A stretch of DNA of 62,205 nucleotides, filler included, from Choristocarpus tenellus KU-1152 (taxonomy: Eukaryota; Protista; Phaeophyceae): assembly GCA_964200185.2 (NCBI GenBank). It is 11 parts of 11 records of this genome, joined end to end, with 100 filler letters (N's around TTAATTAATTAA, not from the genome) between each part and the next. Parts side by side here need not be neighbours in the genome. Positions count along the whole stretch, not along the records: positions 1 to 5,395 come from CAXNAD020010929.1; positions 5,496 to 10,144 come from CAXNAD020013642.1; positions 10,245 to 15,523 come from CAXNAD020011279.1; 8 more parts are not named here. The stretch is one strand, 5' to 3'. The notes beneath the pieces are model-generated. The model was not told the DNA's origin. It ran no database searches and worked only from the letters and a program-made list of their open reading frames with translations. A program made the translations under genes and the position numbers. Shown here piece after piece: positions 1-14,175 of the stretch. How positions within the stretch are numbered: position 1 is the first letter of the stretch; each line of letters starts with the position of its first letter.

Positions 1-213
1 CACTAAAACAACAACATTCTCCACAGCTGTTCCACTTCACCTGTCAACCCCACCCCCCCTTCCCTCCCCCCAATTTAAAACCCATATTGTCCAATCCCCT
101 TTAGAGGCAATAGCACTTGAGTACTCTGGACTACATAGTTTTCAATCTACCCACACATCATAGTATCATCTTCCCCCTACCCCCTCCCTGACTCCCCTCC
201 CCTCCAATCACAC

Positions 214-3200
214 CTTCCAGAAACAGCAACTTTATAGGGACAGCACAGCCCTTTGAAGGTGAACTTTGGTAAGAGCTTGTCCCCACTCCAGGCCCACACA
301 AGCACTGACCCGTCCAGGGAGCTACTTGCCATGCCCTCACAGGTTGCAACCAATGTCTTTTTGGTAGATGGAACCAAGGGAGGCGTGTGCGTGTAATATT
401 GTTCGTGAATGTATTGCATGTACGTACGCATGTATATATGTATATATATATATATCTGTATTTTACGTAAGCATTTGTGCAGTATATGTGTGTGAGCATT
501 AATCCCCGTGCATGTTTCTAGTTCAGTAGCATTAATGCACGTACAGCACAGTAGTGCAAAGTCAAAAGTAACCAAGAGGGGCATGTTTTTCAGCTGTTTT
601 GAAATGTAACAGCAGAACTTTTCACTGGGCTGGCAGAATAAAACGATCCGGTCTGCTGGCCAGACCGGTCCCACAATTACTTGACATGCCTCGGTCCATG
701 TCCACTGGGTTTGGACCGGTCCATGCCCACCGGTCATACTGGGTCAAGCATTCTTTAACATGTCCAGACAATGTTTACTGGATATTGTACCAGTCCATGT
801 TTGCTGGCTAGACCGGCTCTAGCATTCTCTAGCATGTCCAGACCATGTCCACTGGGTAATTGTACTGGTCCGTACCTGGTGGTTGGCCAGTCTAAATATT
901 TTTCTTGCATGTCCGGACAATGACTGCCAGCAAATCTAACTTTTTGTTGGCGTTTTTGGACCATGTCCACTATGCGTTGTACTAATCCAATAATGAAAGT
1001 GTTTACATGTACGTGTTGAAGGTCAATTTGAACTCCAGTGTGTGGAAATAGTTTGTGTTCTTTCAAGTCATCTCTGGACATTCTTGGTTTGAAGCCATAA
1101 AGAACAAATGGCGAGAATATGAAGAGGCATAACATGCGTGGAATTTTTTTTAAATGAACAAATTTGATGTTTACAATTTGTCCCTTGACAAATGAGTGTC
1201 AAAATACAGTGCATAGAGTCAAAACTTGTTTTGAGTCATAAATTAAATCACCTCCCACCAGCCAAAAACCAAACACATGATATACTTGTATTCAATTAAT
1301 GATTTTTAATAGTTCAAAAATAGTTCAACATAAAATAACATAGAAACATCAACATATACACGGTATATTCTGTACTTATAGTACTACTCTTGGATACAAT
1401 ATCCAAGTAGAGTGAATGGTAAATAAGGAGGCATGACTATGACGTGGTCGGCCTGAGTATCAAAAACATGACCTGGGTGGCCATAGATAAAATGTTCAAA
1501 CATGGCTGAGTCCACAATTGTCACTACTCAACATGACCAAGTCCATGGCCGTCGACCATTCCAATATGACTGGCCTGCGGGCCTGCCCACGGCCATACGC
1601 CCAACAATGGACATGATAACGGCCTGGCCCGGTGAAAAGCCCTGGTAGCAGCATTTCTCGAACTTCGCTTAAAGAACATGAAGGAATACAAAAAAAGAAA
1701 ATCGATAAGGAAAACTTTCTTCTGTAAACTGAAAGTACTCACAAAACAGACAAAATGCACTCCACGGCCATGGACTGTGAGATCCAAAAACGTGTCCCAC
1801 CAGAACATCAGAGGGGCCCTTGAAACTTGAAATCAGCAGCACCCCATTCTTGGTTACTATTGGGATATCAGGGACATCAAATGCACAATAGTCTCTTCCA
1901 ACATAATGGTAAAGTGGGAGAGCCGTTTCCTTTCCACTCCAGCCCTTGCTCTCCTACCCCCGGGCTCACCTGCACACTCTCCAAGTGTCCTCTCACCGCC
2001 TGCATCTTCCTAGCAGTCACAGGATCCCACACAATGAACATGCCATTGCGGTCTGCACTGATAAGCCTTTCTTGCGTATGTATGCAAATAGTGTTATTAA
2101 TGGGATGGAATGAGAAGGTTTTCAATGGGGGTGGGGGGGGGATTGAGCTAATTTGCTCGCTTTGAAAGGAGCATCAATATCCCCCAGTTTTGTTCTCTTC
2201 TAGAGACAAAAAAGTACCTTCTAGAAATAATGAAAAACAGCAAGATTACTACAACACCACTGCTGTATTTCCTCATCAATAGGCAGAAATATATTGATAG
2301 TGTGTGCGTATACATGCACATTATGTATATCGATTTCCCACGAAATAATCTGACAGTTACATCGACCTGTAACTGTCAGACAAGGGATCGATAAACTTAT
2401 TACTATGAAGGCTAGGGTGAGAAACAAAGCAGGACGGAAGAATGAAGCCACGTAGCTGTGTATTGGTGTTTCAAGGAGGAACCTCTGGAAAGAATCAGGG
2501 GTTACACCAGACCACCAATTAGTCTGTCTGGTCTATGCCTTGGTCCCATCACATTTTCTGAACACCCCGAGCCTTCAAAATACACATCACCCAAGTCTTC
2601 CCACAGTTTGATCCTGTCACTTTTTTAGCTCTTGCCCAGCCTGGGTAAATCACATTCTTCCCAGTCTGGCTATCAAAAATGATCTATTGGTGGGTTGCAG
2701 TTCTGTCTGAATTCAGATTATTGATGGTCTGTAGTAAGTATATATTATGTTACTGGAGAAAATTGTGAAAGTGGGTATCTACTGAAATAAAATAACACAG
2801 TGTTTGAATATATTAAACTTCACGATGATTATTGAAAATAGAACATTGAAGGATTTGAACTATCCTAGGTTACATAAAAAATAATATTATATTTTACATT
2901 GCACTGCTGTATGTTATATTTCTAAACAATTGTGCTACAGTACAATATCATACTCAAGAAGCAGGGTGCCTTGCAATATTATAATTACAGCACATAATAT
3001 ACATAAAACAAAAGGTACTCGACACTCAACACATTTTCGAAATATAGTGTATATATTGCAGGACAACCAAAAGTCGTAACACAATACCTTTCACTATATA
3101 TATTTGTTTAAATATAGTATTGCAAGTACAGTGTTGACTGGAGAACAAATCTTCTTTGACTTTCAATTTAAATGAGGTACCATTTTCTTCTGTGTTTTCC

Positions 3201-5302
3201 ATGCATGGAATCTATTGAAAGAAGTGAGAATACAACACCACCTCACCAAACTCTTGAATGTAAATAAAAAGTATCTCTATCCACACAAATTTAGGACAAG
3301 TACATGAAATATGACATACCAACAACGTACTACTGTGCATGCATATAATTCTTCATTTAGCACTGTTCCCACAGCATACGAATTTAAGGACACACCATAT
3401 TATTCTCAATGCATTTCACTCTTCACACCAAGTATGTCCATACATCTCATTTCGCCCTATGGCCGACCAATGACTGACGAGACCACTTTCTCACGTCCCG
3501 TGATTAGCCACAGCAAGATATTTATTATCGATTTAGTATTTATTATCGATTTAGTATTTATTATCGATTTAGTATTTATTATCGATTTAGTGCAGTCGAC
3601 ACCGCATTTCATACACAGAATGTCCAAGAATATCTTCTATGCATGCGTCACATTTTTTTACTTTTATTACTTTTGACATATTCACGTATGTGCCCCGACT
3701 AAGCTGAGATCTTTTCCAGTTCTTTCAAAATATACCTTGCCTGAACCGGCCCAAAGTCCTATGGGCCTGGCCTGACCCTTACATATATTTTTTACCAAGC
3801 CAGCTCACAGCTCAGCCCCACCAAAAAATGCGACGACCCCAGCCCCGGCAAGCAAAAAAATTATGAGCCCGCTCAGGGCCTAGCCCCATCACAAACTACC
3901 CAGTTTGGTTTAAAGCCCTGCAAAGAATGCCTTCCCACTCAATATCTCACCAGTATAATTGTGTATTGACATTAAGAGCCATATGTATCCCTTCCCCTAA
4001 TTTACATAGCCCCAGTCAGATCTTGACCCAGAAATGGTCTAATGTCTTTTAACCGCACACACAGTAACAAGTAAAGGCTCCAAGGTGAATCAAATAGGGG
4101 GACTCGACCACTACGTCTATAGTATTATTCCGGTAGAGTGCTCCCTCTTATCCTTCTGATATCACATGTAATAAACAATTGTGGACCCTCATTGTCTTCA
4201 AATTCAATACTCTGTTACAAAATGGTTGTTCAGACTCTTGGTACTAGGTGGGAATGAGCAGGGGATATTCTGGTATATACAGGGCACAGCAAGTCTCAAC
4301 ACTCAAATCCAAGTACTGAAGGTAGAAGCTGTACACCCCTCTCATCCAAACTACCCTAACCCTAACCCACATAATAATACGCCTCCTAATTGTAGCACTC
4401 CCCTCAAGTAATGCACAAAGTGCAGCATGCTCACCGCTCTCTCTGAAAGAGGACACAGCCAACGCCTGCTTGATGTCCTCGAAGACGGTGGTGGTATCCA
4501 ATTGTGGGGTACACATTCACCACACTGACTGTTCCATCGAGCGACCTTGGTTGGCCGTGATAAGAAAGAAGGGGTTTGGGAGTGGAGATTGAAGGAAGGG
4601 TCGGTCGGGGCAACATGCCTACACAACCCTTATTCCTGGCACTTGTAAGTTTCATTGCCAGTGGAAGGCCTTCAATCCCAAAGTAAAAAAATGTTTCTGA
4701 GTGCATGTTCCAGCTTCTACTTCAAAGTGCAGCAAAGAGTTCTGCAGCAGCCTACTGCCAACACAGCAAAACTGCAGCTGATCTATTGACGATTTCTATT
4801 ACACGTGTCAACTACATATATACAGTTCTACCCCAGAAAGATACCCCATATGTACAAGGTACTCAGCCTTCCCAATCAGATCATTCTCAAACGCTGCTTT
4901 CCTTCTCTACATCAATCACTGTCAGCTGTGAATCTCAGCACTTTTACCTCACATAACAAATAGCCTTCCCAGCAGCATCTCCTCAGATCATCAACTCATT
5001 CTTACATTCTGAGAACGACAGCAAAGGTACCTACATCGCCAGTTCCACTTGATCCCCATAGTGGAATACACGCACGCCTCCCTTCTTTCCCCTTCCCCAC
5101 CTCATTTACGCACCCTGTAGCAATCATATCTCCATTGGGGGAAGCGCAGATACAGCGAATATCCCTGTCGTGACACTCCAAGCATTCACGAGGAAGTTTC
5201 AGCCCCCCACGGGCATTTCTTAGATGGAGGTATTTGGTCCTGGTCATTGCAAGTATACGAGGATTGGAAGGCACCACAGTCATCGCCACATCCTCAGAAA
5301 AG
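214..5302 (-). CDS. WD40-repeat protein, internal fragment; exons 5302-5114, 4545-4435, 2066-1970, 356-214
   Basis: Four GT-AG exons splice in frame to ...CHDRDIRCICASPNGDMIATG/SLDGTVSVVNVYP...LRGHQAGVGCVLFQRER/LISADRNGMFIVWDP...VRGHLESVQ/TLVATCEGMASSSLDGSVLVWAW. This shows repeated GH...SxDGxxxxW(D) WD40 signatures. Confidence 0.85.
613..1644. mobile_element. Non-autonomous TIR element, hAT-like, in a WD40 intron
   Basis: Left end CAGAACTTTTCACTGGGC; right end reads CAGGGCTTTTCACCGGGC on the opposite strand. Flanks GTAACAG / GTAGCAG resemble a target-site duplication. Repeated CATGTCC/GGACC subterminal motifs; no transposase ORF. Confidence 0.6.
2496..3920. mobile_element. Second non-autonomous hAT-like TIR element in a WD40 intron
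   Basis: Ends CAGGGGTTACACCAGAC ... GTTTGGTTTAAAGCCCTG, flanked by 8-bp GAAAGAAT (2488-2495) and CAAAGAAT (3921-3928). 8-bp TSDs and CAGGG termini are typical of hAT. Confidence 0.6.
3519..3590. repeat. 18-bp tandem repeat (TATTTATTATCGATTTAG) x4
   Basis: Four consecutive copies are directly visible. Confidence 0.95.
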
Positions 5303-5395
5303 CTGTAACGAAAGAAGATGAGGGCGGGGGGGGGGGGGGGGGGAGGAGGGGGACACACCATTACAATTATTTAGGTAGGTGAGCTGCTTTAATTG

Positions 5396-5495
5396 NNNNN
5401 NNNNNNNNNNNNNNNNNNNNNNNNNNNNNNNNNNNNNNNTTAATTAATTAANNNNNNNNNNNNNNNNNNNNNNNNNNNNNNNNNNNNNNNNNNNN
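5396..5495. other. Artificial contig linker (44N-TTAATTAATTAA-44N); identical linkers at 10145-10244, 15524-15623, 19337-19436, 27123-27222, 32491-32590, 37341-37440, 52156-52255, 55472-55571, 58252-58351
   Basis: Identical 100-bp structure occurs ten times. The palindromic 12-mer puts stop codons in all six frames. Confidence 0.98.
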
Positions 5496-7788
5496 ATCCC
5501 CTCCCACAAGGCGCTTTGTCGCCCCCCTGCTCCCCCCTCCCCCCTCCTCCCCCCCCCCCACCATCACCGCTCTTCACTTCCATCTCTTGTGTTAATTTTG
5601 GTAGCATTGTTGTGACACATTACACTACTTGAGTATACTCTCCACTTGATGGAACATTTCATTGAACAGTTAATGCCTGTTGCAGCATTCCTTGCAGGAA
5701 CACATTGCCTTTCTCAGTCCCCCTTGAATGATTACTTGACCATCAATTGCAGCATCACTAGGTTATCATCCCCATCCTTTCTCGAGCATACAGCAGGGTG
5801 GGGGGGGGGGGGGGGGGGTTCCTCTTCGAAGTTTTTTNNNNNNNNNNCTGCTGGCCCGCGCGCAGCAGGGGGTGTCTGTGTTCTGGGTGTTGGAGGATTG
5901 GGTGGGGGGGGGGGGGGGGGGAGTTCCTCCTCGAAGGTTTTTGTTCCAATATTGTCAGTGAAGAAATCTCCAAAACTTCTGCTACTACTATGATGTGATC
6001 TCAGGACCGTTCACTGTTGTATTTAAATGCCTCTCTCTTGGCTCATGAGAAATGCTTCAAGATGGGAAATAAAAGAAAAATTTTAAGACGTGTTGTGCTT
6101 TGTGGAACGAGGGGGTATACAGCACCCTCTATGGTTCTCAGCATGACAGCAATGGATGCTACCACCAATGGATGCATGCAGCGTGATGACAGGAGGCTAC
6201 CTGACTGGTTAATGATTTAGCTCACACAGCAATGTCTGCTCCTACCCATTAGGACTGGGGCTTACTTTGATACTCAGAAGACTGTTCGATAACACAATCG
6301 TGCGTCAAACTTCTGCACCACAGGACAAGGTCATTCTAATACTTGCAGTGGAGTTCAGTACATTAACCCCTATCAAAACACACATTTTTCCCCAAGAAAT
6401 TGGAGGGTTGTCACTGTCATAAACGATCTTTGTGCAATACACACGGCTCCTAAGCAACAATTTTGAGGAAACAGATAAGACACATAATGCAGCCCCTTTC
6501 TTCTGCTACTCCACTCCCACCCTACACCCATCCCTTTTCCCTTTCCTTACACCCTACCTTCTCCTGTGTGTCTCTTTCATCAAAGGTGGCTTGTGGTGTT
6601 CGGGATGACAGTGGTTTTGTTTATAATGGTGGCGTTGGTGACTCAGATATTGACAGCACCAGACCCTCTAAAGATGGATTGACAAACATAGTTAGTCAAG
6701 AAATCGGAGGGAAAACGTAGTTTGTTTTTAAATTTGTTTAAAAAGTGCCAATACCTTTCGAGTGATTCAAGCTGATAACACCAGTACAGAGGCAACTGTG
6801 TCCATGAGAAATGAGACTTTTTTTTCCTTTTGGGAGAAGGTAACGCCTCCTTGGCAACAAAACCCACAAGTGTTTGAGATGGGAGCTTGCCACCCTCTAG
6901 CAAGTGGCTTTGTGCTGATAAATTTCACTTGGATAGTTTAGTTTCCAACTGAGACAAATACAGATGAGGATACACTTGACCCCTCTTGTTGCAAAACATT
7001 ATTCATGTCTCTTTTTGTATTTTAAGGTACGAGCAGGGGGGGGGGATGGATGTCCTATGCATTATGTACAGCTTGTAATACCAGGAATAGCTGGGGGCAA
7101 GTCCTATGTGGAAGAAGTTGAAGTACGCATCCTGCCTGTACAAAATAAGAAAGTCAACATGTTAAAATTAGGTCTGGAAAGTGTGTTGGTGAAGAAGTGT
7201 GTATGGGAACTCTTTTTCTTGACCAACACTAGAACACCTTCAAGTCTACTACCAATACAGCACTGAGCCGCTCCTCTCAAGAGCGAATTTTTGCATGCAC
7301 ATCACAGGTTTGAAGATTCCTTTAAAATACAGTAAAAACCCCCATTCCATTACATCATCCTCCTTCCGAGTTAATAAACTGCACAAAATTCACAGGGCAC
7401 CTATCTCAAAATGAGAGTATTTCACAGGTAATCACAGCCCCTCTTTGGGAACAACTGAGGAGCAACAGATTCAGTGAGAGATTTATACACAATGAAACCT
7501 GCCTTTGCTGACAGCATCGTAAGTCCCCTTCCCAAGATAAATGTCTATCCAATTCTTCACCCTTAGTTGACATACAGCCAATTGCCATGCCCAGGTCAAC
7601 ATACATAGACTAACAAGAGTATTTTTGCCACAACCATGAGAATGAATCAGCTGGCATTGTAAGCAAAAGCAAAGACGAAGGGAGAGGTGAACTTAACTCA
7701 TTTAACACTCTCCCATGTCCTCCAACCTTCTCATTAACGTCTGAGCATGTGCATGTACCCCAAAGAAGGCAACTAACTAAACTCTCCC

Positions 7789-9889
7789 CTAGGTCTCTCC
7801 CACATTTTTCTCCTTATCCACTGGACAGTTAATATGAGCACCCACCCTTGCACCATAGGTATAGGCACACACCACAACCCGCTTTTTCCAACGCACAGCA
7901 GCCTCCTCTCGCCTGTCCATGTCGTACAAAAACGGCACGAGGTAATAAAAAGGATTTGGGGGGGGGGGATTAAGATATCTACATAGAGTGGATCGGAAAG
8001 AATTACATAACGGAATTTTATTTTTAAAGAGGAAAAGTCAACATGGAGGGAAGCTTGCAATGGACCTTATTTACACCTTTGGCATAAGCGCACTAACAGT
8101 GCTCATACTGGAACTAAAGCAGAATTGTCATGAGTGCCATTAAAAATAACCACCTAGTAAATACTGGCAGAAGGGTGTATCACCTCCAGACAAGTTCAAA
8201 ACAAAATTCTAACAGCCTTCTAGAAAAAAAAATTGCCGTGATTGGCCGAAAGGAAGCCAAGATGGAAAAATAGGAGTTACATAGACAACCGATTGACTTT
8301 GCCCCTCAACAACGCCTTCACAAGCCCTTTCATACTTTGCCACTTGCATCAGTGCCGCGAGACCTTGTACATACATTTTTTTTTCCGTTTACTCTATTAA
8401 AAACTTCCATCTCTGACAGGACCAGTCACAGTAAAATCAGGGAATACATACCAAGTACAAAAAAAAAGTGCAAAACCTGGTGCAAGAACTCATCTTGGGA
8501 AAGCACTCTTGGGATTCGGACAGATCCTTGGAACTATGATAAAAGCTGAAACAGCTCTGCACATACCTGTAGTAGCATTCCACTGCATGTTGTGACAGAT
8601 AAATGGGGGCATCGCAGAGCACCCTCCGTAGCGCTAAAGTGGATCGATTGCACCAAAAGACTCTGTGGCACTACGGAGTCAACACGTAGCCACACACACA
8701 CCGTGCGTATTATCACACATTAGAACTCAACTAAGCCACACGGAACCAGAACCCAGGAAACAACACGTGAGATTCAAAGAAACAAAATCCTGAGTTATCA
8801 CCAGTGATTTTTTTTTTCATCACCATACCAGATTTTTTTTTAGATGGAGTTTTCCCTTGCCATTACAAATAGGTGAGAGTACTCGGGGAGAGGGCACTAT
8901 CCATACCGTTGTAAAGAAAAAAAGAGTTCAATTGCATTCCATATGCCTCTCGCCACAGATCCTCTTCTCACACCAACCTTCTAAATAAAATAAAAAAGTT
9001 AATAGTAGTAGTTTTTTTTGTGTGTATACACTAATCAGCATTTCAATATATATTATTTTGTTTCGATCGATATATATATATTATAGTATATAATAGTGTT
9101 TCGATCGATATATATATATATATATAATAGTGTTTCAAAGTTTGGTTGCAATACGGTGTGGATGCATGATCACGAAAAAAAATGAAATAAAAGATCGTAC
9201 TGCTTTGCAAATATCTGAATTCTTACAGCACAGAAATCGCAAAACTCCTTCAAAATAGTCGCAGGCTCAACCCCTCAGAAAAATAATAAATCAGAACACT
9301 GGAAGTAAACATTGACAAGCATTAGGGGATACACATTATTGTAGGAAAATATATATTTGTATACAATATCATTGTAGGAAAATGTATGTACACATAATCT
9401 AATTAAGATGACCAAAATTTGTAATCCTAACCCTCGCCCACTAGGATGCATTCATCATCCTTCCAGAAACATATCCTCTACTTCCGAACACCGCCTCCAT
9501 CATACGAATCACATTTTTTTTTTTATCGAAACAAAAAAAATGGCGGCAGGAAAGAAAAAAAAAAATCCTCTTACCCTAAACATTTTTTCCTCTCTTCTAT
9601 TTTCAGAAAGATTTTCGTTTCAAAAAATAATGAAAAGAACGGAACCTTAATTTTGTTTTCTCCTTAACGATAGCAGATAAAATCTTCTTAAGAACGACAA
9701 AAGAAGAGGGAGGCACCAACGAAACAAATACCTTTGCCTCTCCTGTAACGCCTCCTTCTGTTTCCGAGTCTCTTCCTCCTTCCTGTGCTGCTCGTTCTTC
9801 CCCTTAAGCCACTTCCGGAACATTCTGTCTCGCTCCCTGTGTCTCTCCTCCTCTGCTTCCAAGTCCCCCCCCCCTCGTGGGCTCTTCAC
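7789..9889 (-). CDS. Coiled-coil, charged protein, 3' fragment; exons 9889-9732 and 7912-(7846 or stop at 7789)
   Basis: AG/GT-bounded exon VKSPRGGGDLEAEEERHRERDRMFRKWLKGKNEQHRKEEETRKQKEALQERQR joins in phase 2 to REEAAVRWKKRVVVCAYTYGAR. No recognisable domain. Confidence 0.45.
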
Positions 9890-11089
9890 CTACGCATTGA
9901 CATGTACACACACGCAAGCACACACCCTAGGTGTCATGTCTGGTGCCTCTGGTTGACCAGGGGCCGGTATCATCACAGGTACTCATGTAGAGACTTTTAA
10001 AGGGAGAGAGAGAGAGATACAGTCACCTCGCTAAGCAAATTATTTTTTAAAAAAAGGACGGACTGGAAAAGGAGAGGGGGGACGGGGGAGGGGGACATGA
10101 TACACCCTACACTTTCTCCTAAAAGAGTTGCACACACTGGACACNNNNNNNNNNNNNNNNNNNNNNNNNNNNNNNNNNNNNNNNNNNNTTAATTAATTAA
10201 NNNNNNNNNNNNNNNNNNNNNNNNNNNNNNNNNNNNNNNNNNNNCCCCTCACGAACCAACCCCCCCCAAGATACTTTGACCCTTTGAGGTTGTCTAATGC
10301 GCTAAAGCGCAATGGGTAGGAGGGGATTACATGGGCAAGATTCAGCCCAATGTGTGAGATACAAAAAAAACTGTTTTGTACTTAGTACTCATCATCGTAT
10401 GTTGCTAAAATCTCTTTTAATTCCCAGTGTCAAGTATGTTTTTGTGCTTTGTATTTCTCGGCCACTATGTACTACATATTCATGTATACTTCAAAAGTAG
10501 GGCTAAAACCCTCCAGAATATTACATGGCGTTTGTCAAAATTAGTAGAAACCTGTGCTATTGAAAACCTTCAGTTTCAGTTACTACTGTAGTTGCTATTC
10601 TCTCTGATGTATTTTTTCCGGTCTTTTTGGCAGTGGTATTGCTCTCCAGGTGAACAGAAATATATGGAAGTATGTAAAATATATTATCCAGTTTCCTAGA
10701 GATTAGAGTTGATTTTAGTGTCGTTTTTTTTTATCACATACTATCCCAGCGATGTATAGAATGCTCACCATACAGGAGTTCCCTAAGGTGCTACAAAATG
10801 TTAAGAATAAGTCATCATATGCCTTGCAGATATATAGAGGTAACTTGCAACAATAGAGAGATTGCTCAACGTATGGGAGAAGGTTATATATTGTACTGCT
10901 TGGAACACGCACACCTTCATTGTGATCATCCCTCTCTGTAGTGAAACATTCCATCATCCTTTTCCCCCCCACTCCAAATGATCTATCCATACCCACATCT
11001 CCAACCTCACATTCAAGTTCCCGTCCCACCACTCCTGGTGGTACATACCTATCCCACGTCACTGCCATTTCACCACCCTCGTTGAATTT

Positions 11090-14000
11090 TTGAACAAGGG
11101 TGATGTGAAACTCTCAAGTGTTTCCACAGGTTCGAGTGCTTCACATATCGAATATACAAGTAAAGGTGGAAATGGAAATGTTTTAAATCGCAAGAGCATC
11201 TCATTTTTGCTATCGGAATCAACTAAATCTTTCAATGCTGAAGGTGGTGGTAGTGGTTTGAGGGTTCCTACCCCTCACATCACTGCAACCAGGGGATTGA
11301 GTCTTGAGCATCGCTCTGGCTTAACTGTGAGATCACCTCATGAGGAGAAGGAGGAGGTATGTGTATAAACGGGTAGGGAGGGGAGTAATTTATGGTACAT
11401 GACCTACATATTAGGGCCTATATCCAATATATATATATATATATTATTTTTTTTCTGCGGGAGTACCACAGAGAACAAAAAGCAAAGAGTGGATGCTATT
11501 CTCCTAGAATGGAATGTTTCATGATTGTCTCCAATATTTCACGATGTTACAAGGTCATTGCCAGTGCCTTGCTGTTGTCAACTAAATTACAGCTCATTCA
11601 AACTTCTATGAAATCCTTTTTTCATGTCATTGATGTGCAGAACCGTTGTTTAATGTTGAGATTGTCTTCTGTTCTCATAATGACTCAGAATTCATCATCC
11701 CTTTATTCTGGGAAGTAAATCGTTGCAATCTATTGTACTGTCTCCTTCACCTTGGTTGGATCATATCAATGCATACACGTTTCCTGCTGAGATCATAAAA
11801 TTTTGAATCTAAGACCAACCTTGCAGGCCACCTACCCAATAGCAAGCTGTATGCCAGTTACAGTATTTCCAAACTCTTTGATTGAGTACATCACCAAACA
11901 TCCTTCTACTTGCTTGCTGTGGTACCTCCAAGATCAAGTCAACACTCATCATACCTCATGAAATGATATGCCTGACACCTACAACATGCCTTGCAGGAAT
12001 CTGAGGAGATGTTGGAGCAATTGTTGGAGACACGACTTGAAAGCACTAATGAAGGGTGTGATGATGACCAATCAAAGACCCCAGTGCAAAGTGTCGCTGG
12101 TGCCAACCGTGGGGTGGGTATCAACAACAAATCTAACGGTGAACAGAGGACTCATTCTAAGATGAGGAGCATCAACACGAGCTGGAGCATGAGTGCAAGC
12201 AGCTCGGAAATGGAACTCCAACCAATTGAGGTTCTGACACACAGTCTAGCAGAACAGAGAGATCGAAGTGAGGTAGAGGGAGACGGTGAAATGATGGAGA
12301 GTGATGGAGAGGAAAGGAATATGATAGGGGAAAGAGGAGTAGAAGGTGGAAGTAAATATGAACCTGGTGATGGAGAAGATTTGGAGCTGCCAGAGGATGG
12401 AGGGGTCAACGACAGTAAGAGAGGGGAGTATAGTGGAGGAGGTGTAGAGGTACTAGGAAGTATTGACATCAAAAGGGAATTGCTGGATGAAGATAGCAGC
12501 ACTTGTAGTGAGGCAGAAGCTGCAGGCAGTGGGCAAGTAACGATCATCAGAGGACTCCGAGAGCTATTGGGTATGGAATCAACAGGAGAAGTTTCTGATG
12601 GTGGCTGGGCAGGTGTTCTACCCTTATCAGGCGAATTTCACCGTCCTTGTATGGATAGTCTATCAGAGGAGGGTGAAGAAAATGATATCGACTGGGCTGA
12701 GGAAACGTTGCGAGAAAGGGTGATAGAGGACACCATTTTGACTAGGGGATTGGGGTGCTTGGAGGACAGGAGGGAGGAGCTGACAGGCCAGAAGAACACA
12801 GGACTCGATAAAAAATATAGGCAACTAAAAAAAGCAGGGGGGGTATCAAGGAGTCTTCCACCCATTGCTCCACAGCAGGTCGGGAGGCTGTATTTTGTTC
12901 CAATATCTTACTCAATATTTTTCCAGTGTATAGTTTATCAGGCTGACTTTGTCTCTTGGTGGTTTAGGGTCTCTTAAATTCAACTATGTGAGAGGTTGTA
13001 TGTTGGCAGACCTTACAGAACATTTTGAGGGCTCCAAATTTCAGTACTGTCTGTACACAGCTATGTGGTTCATCCTCTTAGTTCCTATCAGGTAAGTTTG
13101 TGTGTGTCTTGCTTGGATACCTCAGGTAATGCACGCGACTCTCCCCTGCATAGTAATCCCATAAACCTTGCAACCTCGAAACTTCCTTTCTCCCACACGA
13201 CCACTTGGTGACTTGTGCGCCTAGGTTGTCATGGCAGAGAGGACAGTGAGGAGGAATGACGGAATGTTGGATGGTCCGCAACTTCTTGATGGAGCTGACA
13301 AGAACATGAAGGTGTCACCTGCAGACATTACTGTGGAGGGTGGTCAGATTGAAGAGCTGGAAGAAGCAACGATATTAAGAAGGGACAGGCAAGGACGAGG
13401 TGTAATGTTATATACCCCTTCCTTACTGGACCGAGCAAGCTCAGGTGGGCTGGGAGAGAACATAAATTGACTAGAACCTCTAGCAGTATATCAGATAGGC
13501 AAGGATTTAGGGCACAAACCTCCCACTTCATTTTTGTGTTGATTTAATTGCATTCGTGATGCTGTTGTGTCGCATTATCCAATCCGTGCTTTGGATTTGA
13601 TTTCATGCATCACACTAGCCTTTCGCACCCTCAGTATTTACCTTTGACACCATGCCTTAAAAGGTTGAGCACTGTGGTTCTCAGCTTTAAGACAGTATAT
13701 TGGAACCCAAAGCCTGCACAGATACTCCTCTTTTTTTGCCCCTGTCAAACTCGGAGCTTCCCCTAACCCAAATAATACTCCAGAGTATAATTGACCTGTC
13801 ATTAGTCTGGAGAATATAACCAAGAAATAGTGAAATGTTGATAACTGTTAGCAGAGATCAGGAAGAGGTGTCTCCAATAAAGTGTGCAGTTTCCATTTTT
13901 CAACTACTCAGGAGTAGATGCACGACTCAAGTGTATCCCTCTCTACCTAGGTCTAACTCTTCGTATGTCCTTCATGGGTCTTTCCCCATTTCATCCATTA

Positions 14001-14175
14001 ATCATTGCAGTGGGGTCAATGAAGTCCAGAAGAACAGCTGGGTCCGAGTTATTCAGAGTTTCTTCAGACTCGTTTTTATCCTTCAGGAAAACTAGGGGAG
14101 CCACCGTGTCAAACTATAGTGGCATTGAAAGTCATGGGGAGGACTATCGGATACCTTCTCTGCAGCAAGTGACAG
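11090..14175 (+). CDS. Uncharacterised acidic/Ser-Gly-rich, probably disordered protein; exons ...-11356, 11997-12878, 13225-13444, 14011-14175
   Basis: An 882-bp open exon bounded by TTGCAG and CAG|GTCGGG. Neighbouring exons have matching splice phases (0, 0, 1). 5' and 3' limits are unresolved. Confidence 0.6.

Noticed and set aside
5795-5945. Duplicated poly-G/TTCCTC.TCGAAG segment
   Set aside because: It flanks a 10-N gap and is most likely a redundant assembly overlap.
6557-8670. Candidate minus-strand exons at about 8670-8567, 7135-7083 and 6668-6557
   Set aside because: They have AG/GT ends, but the first gives a stop in the phase required by the 9889-9732 exon. No domain is recognisable, and they conflict with the better 7912 exon.
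12152-12865. Ser/Pro-rich minus-strand ORFs
   Set aside because: Antisense shadows of the acidic + strand exon.
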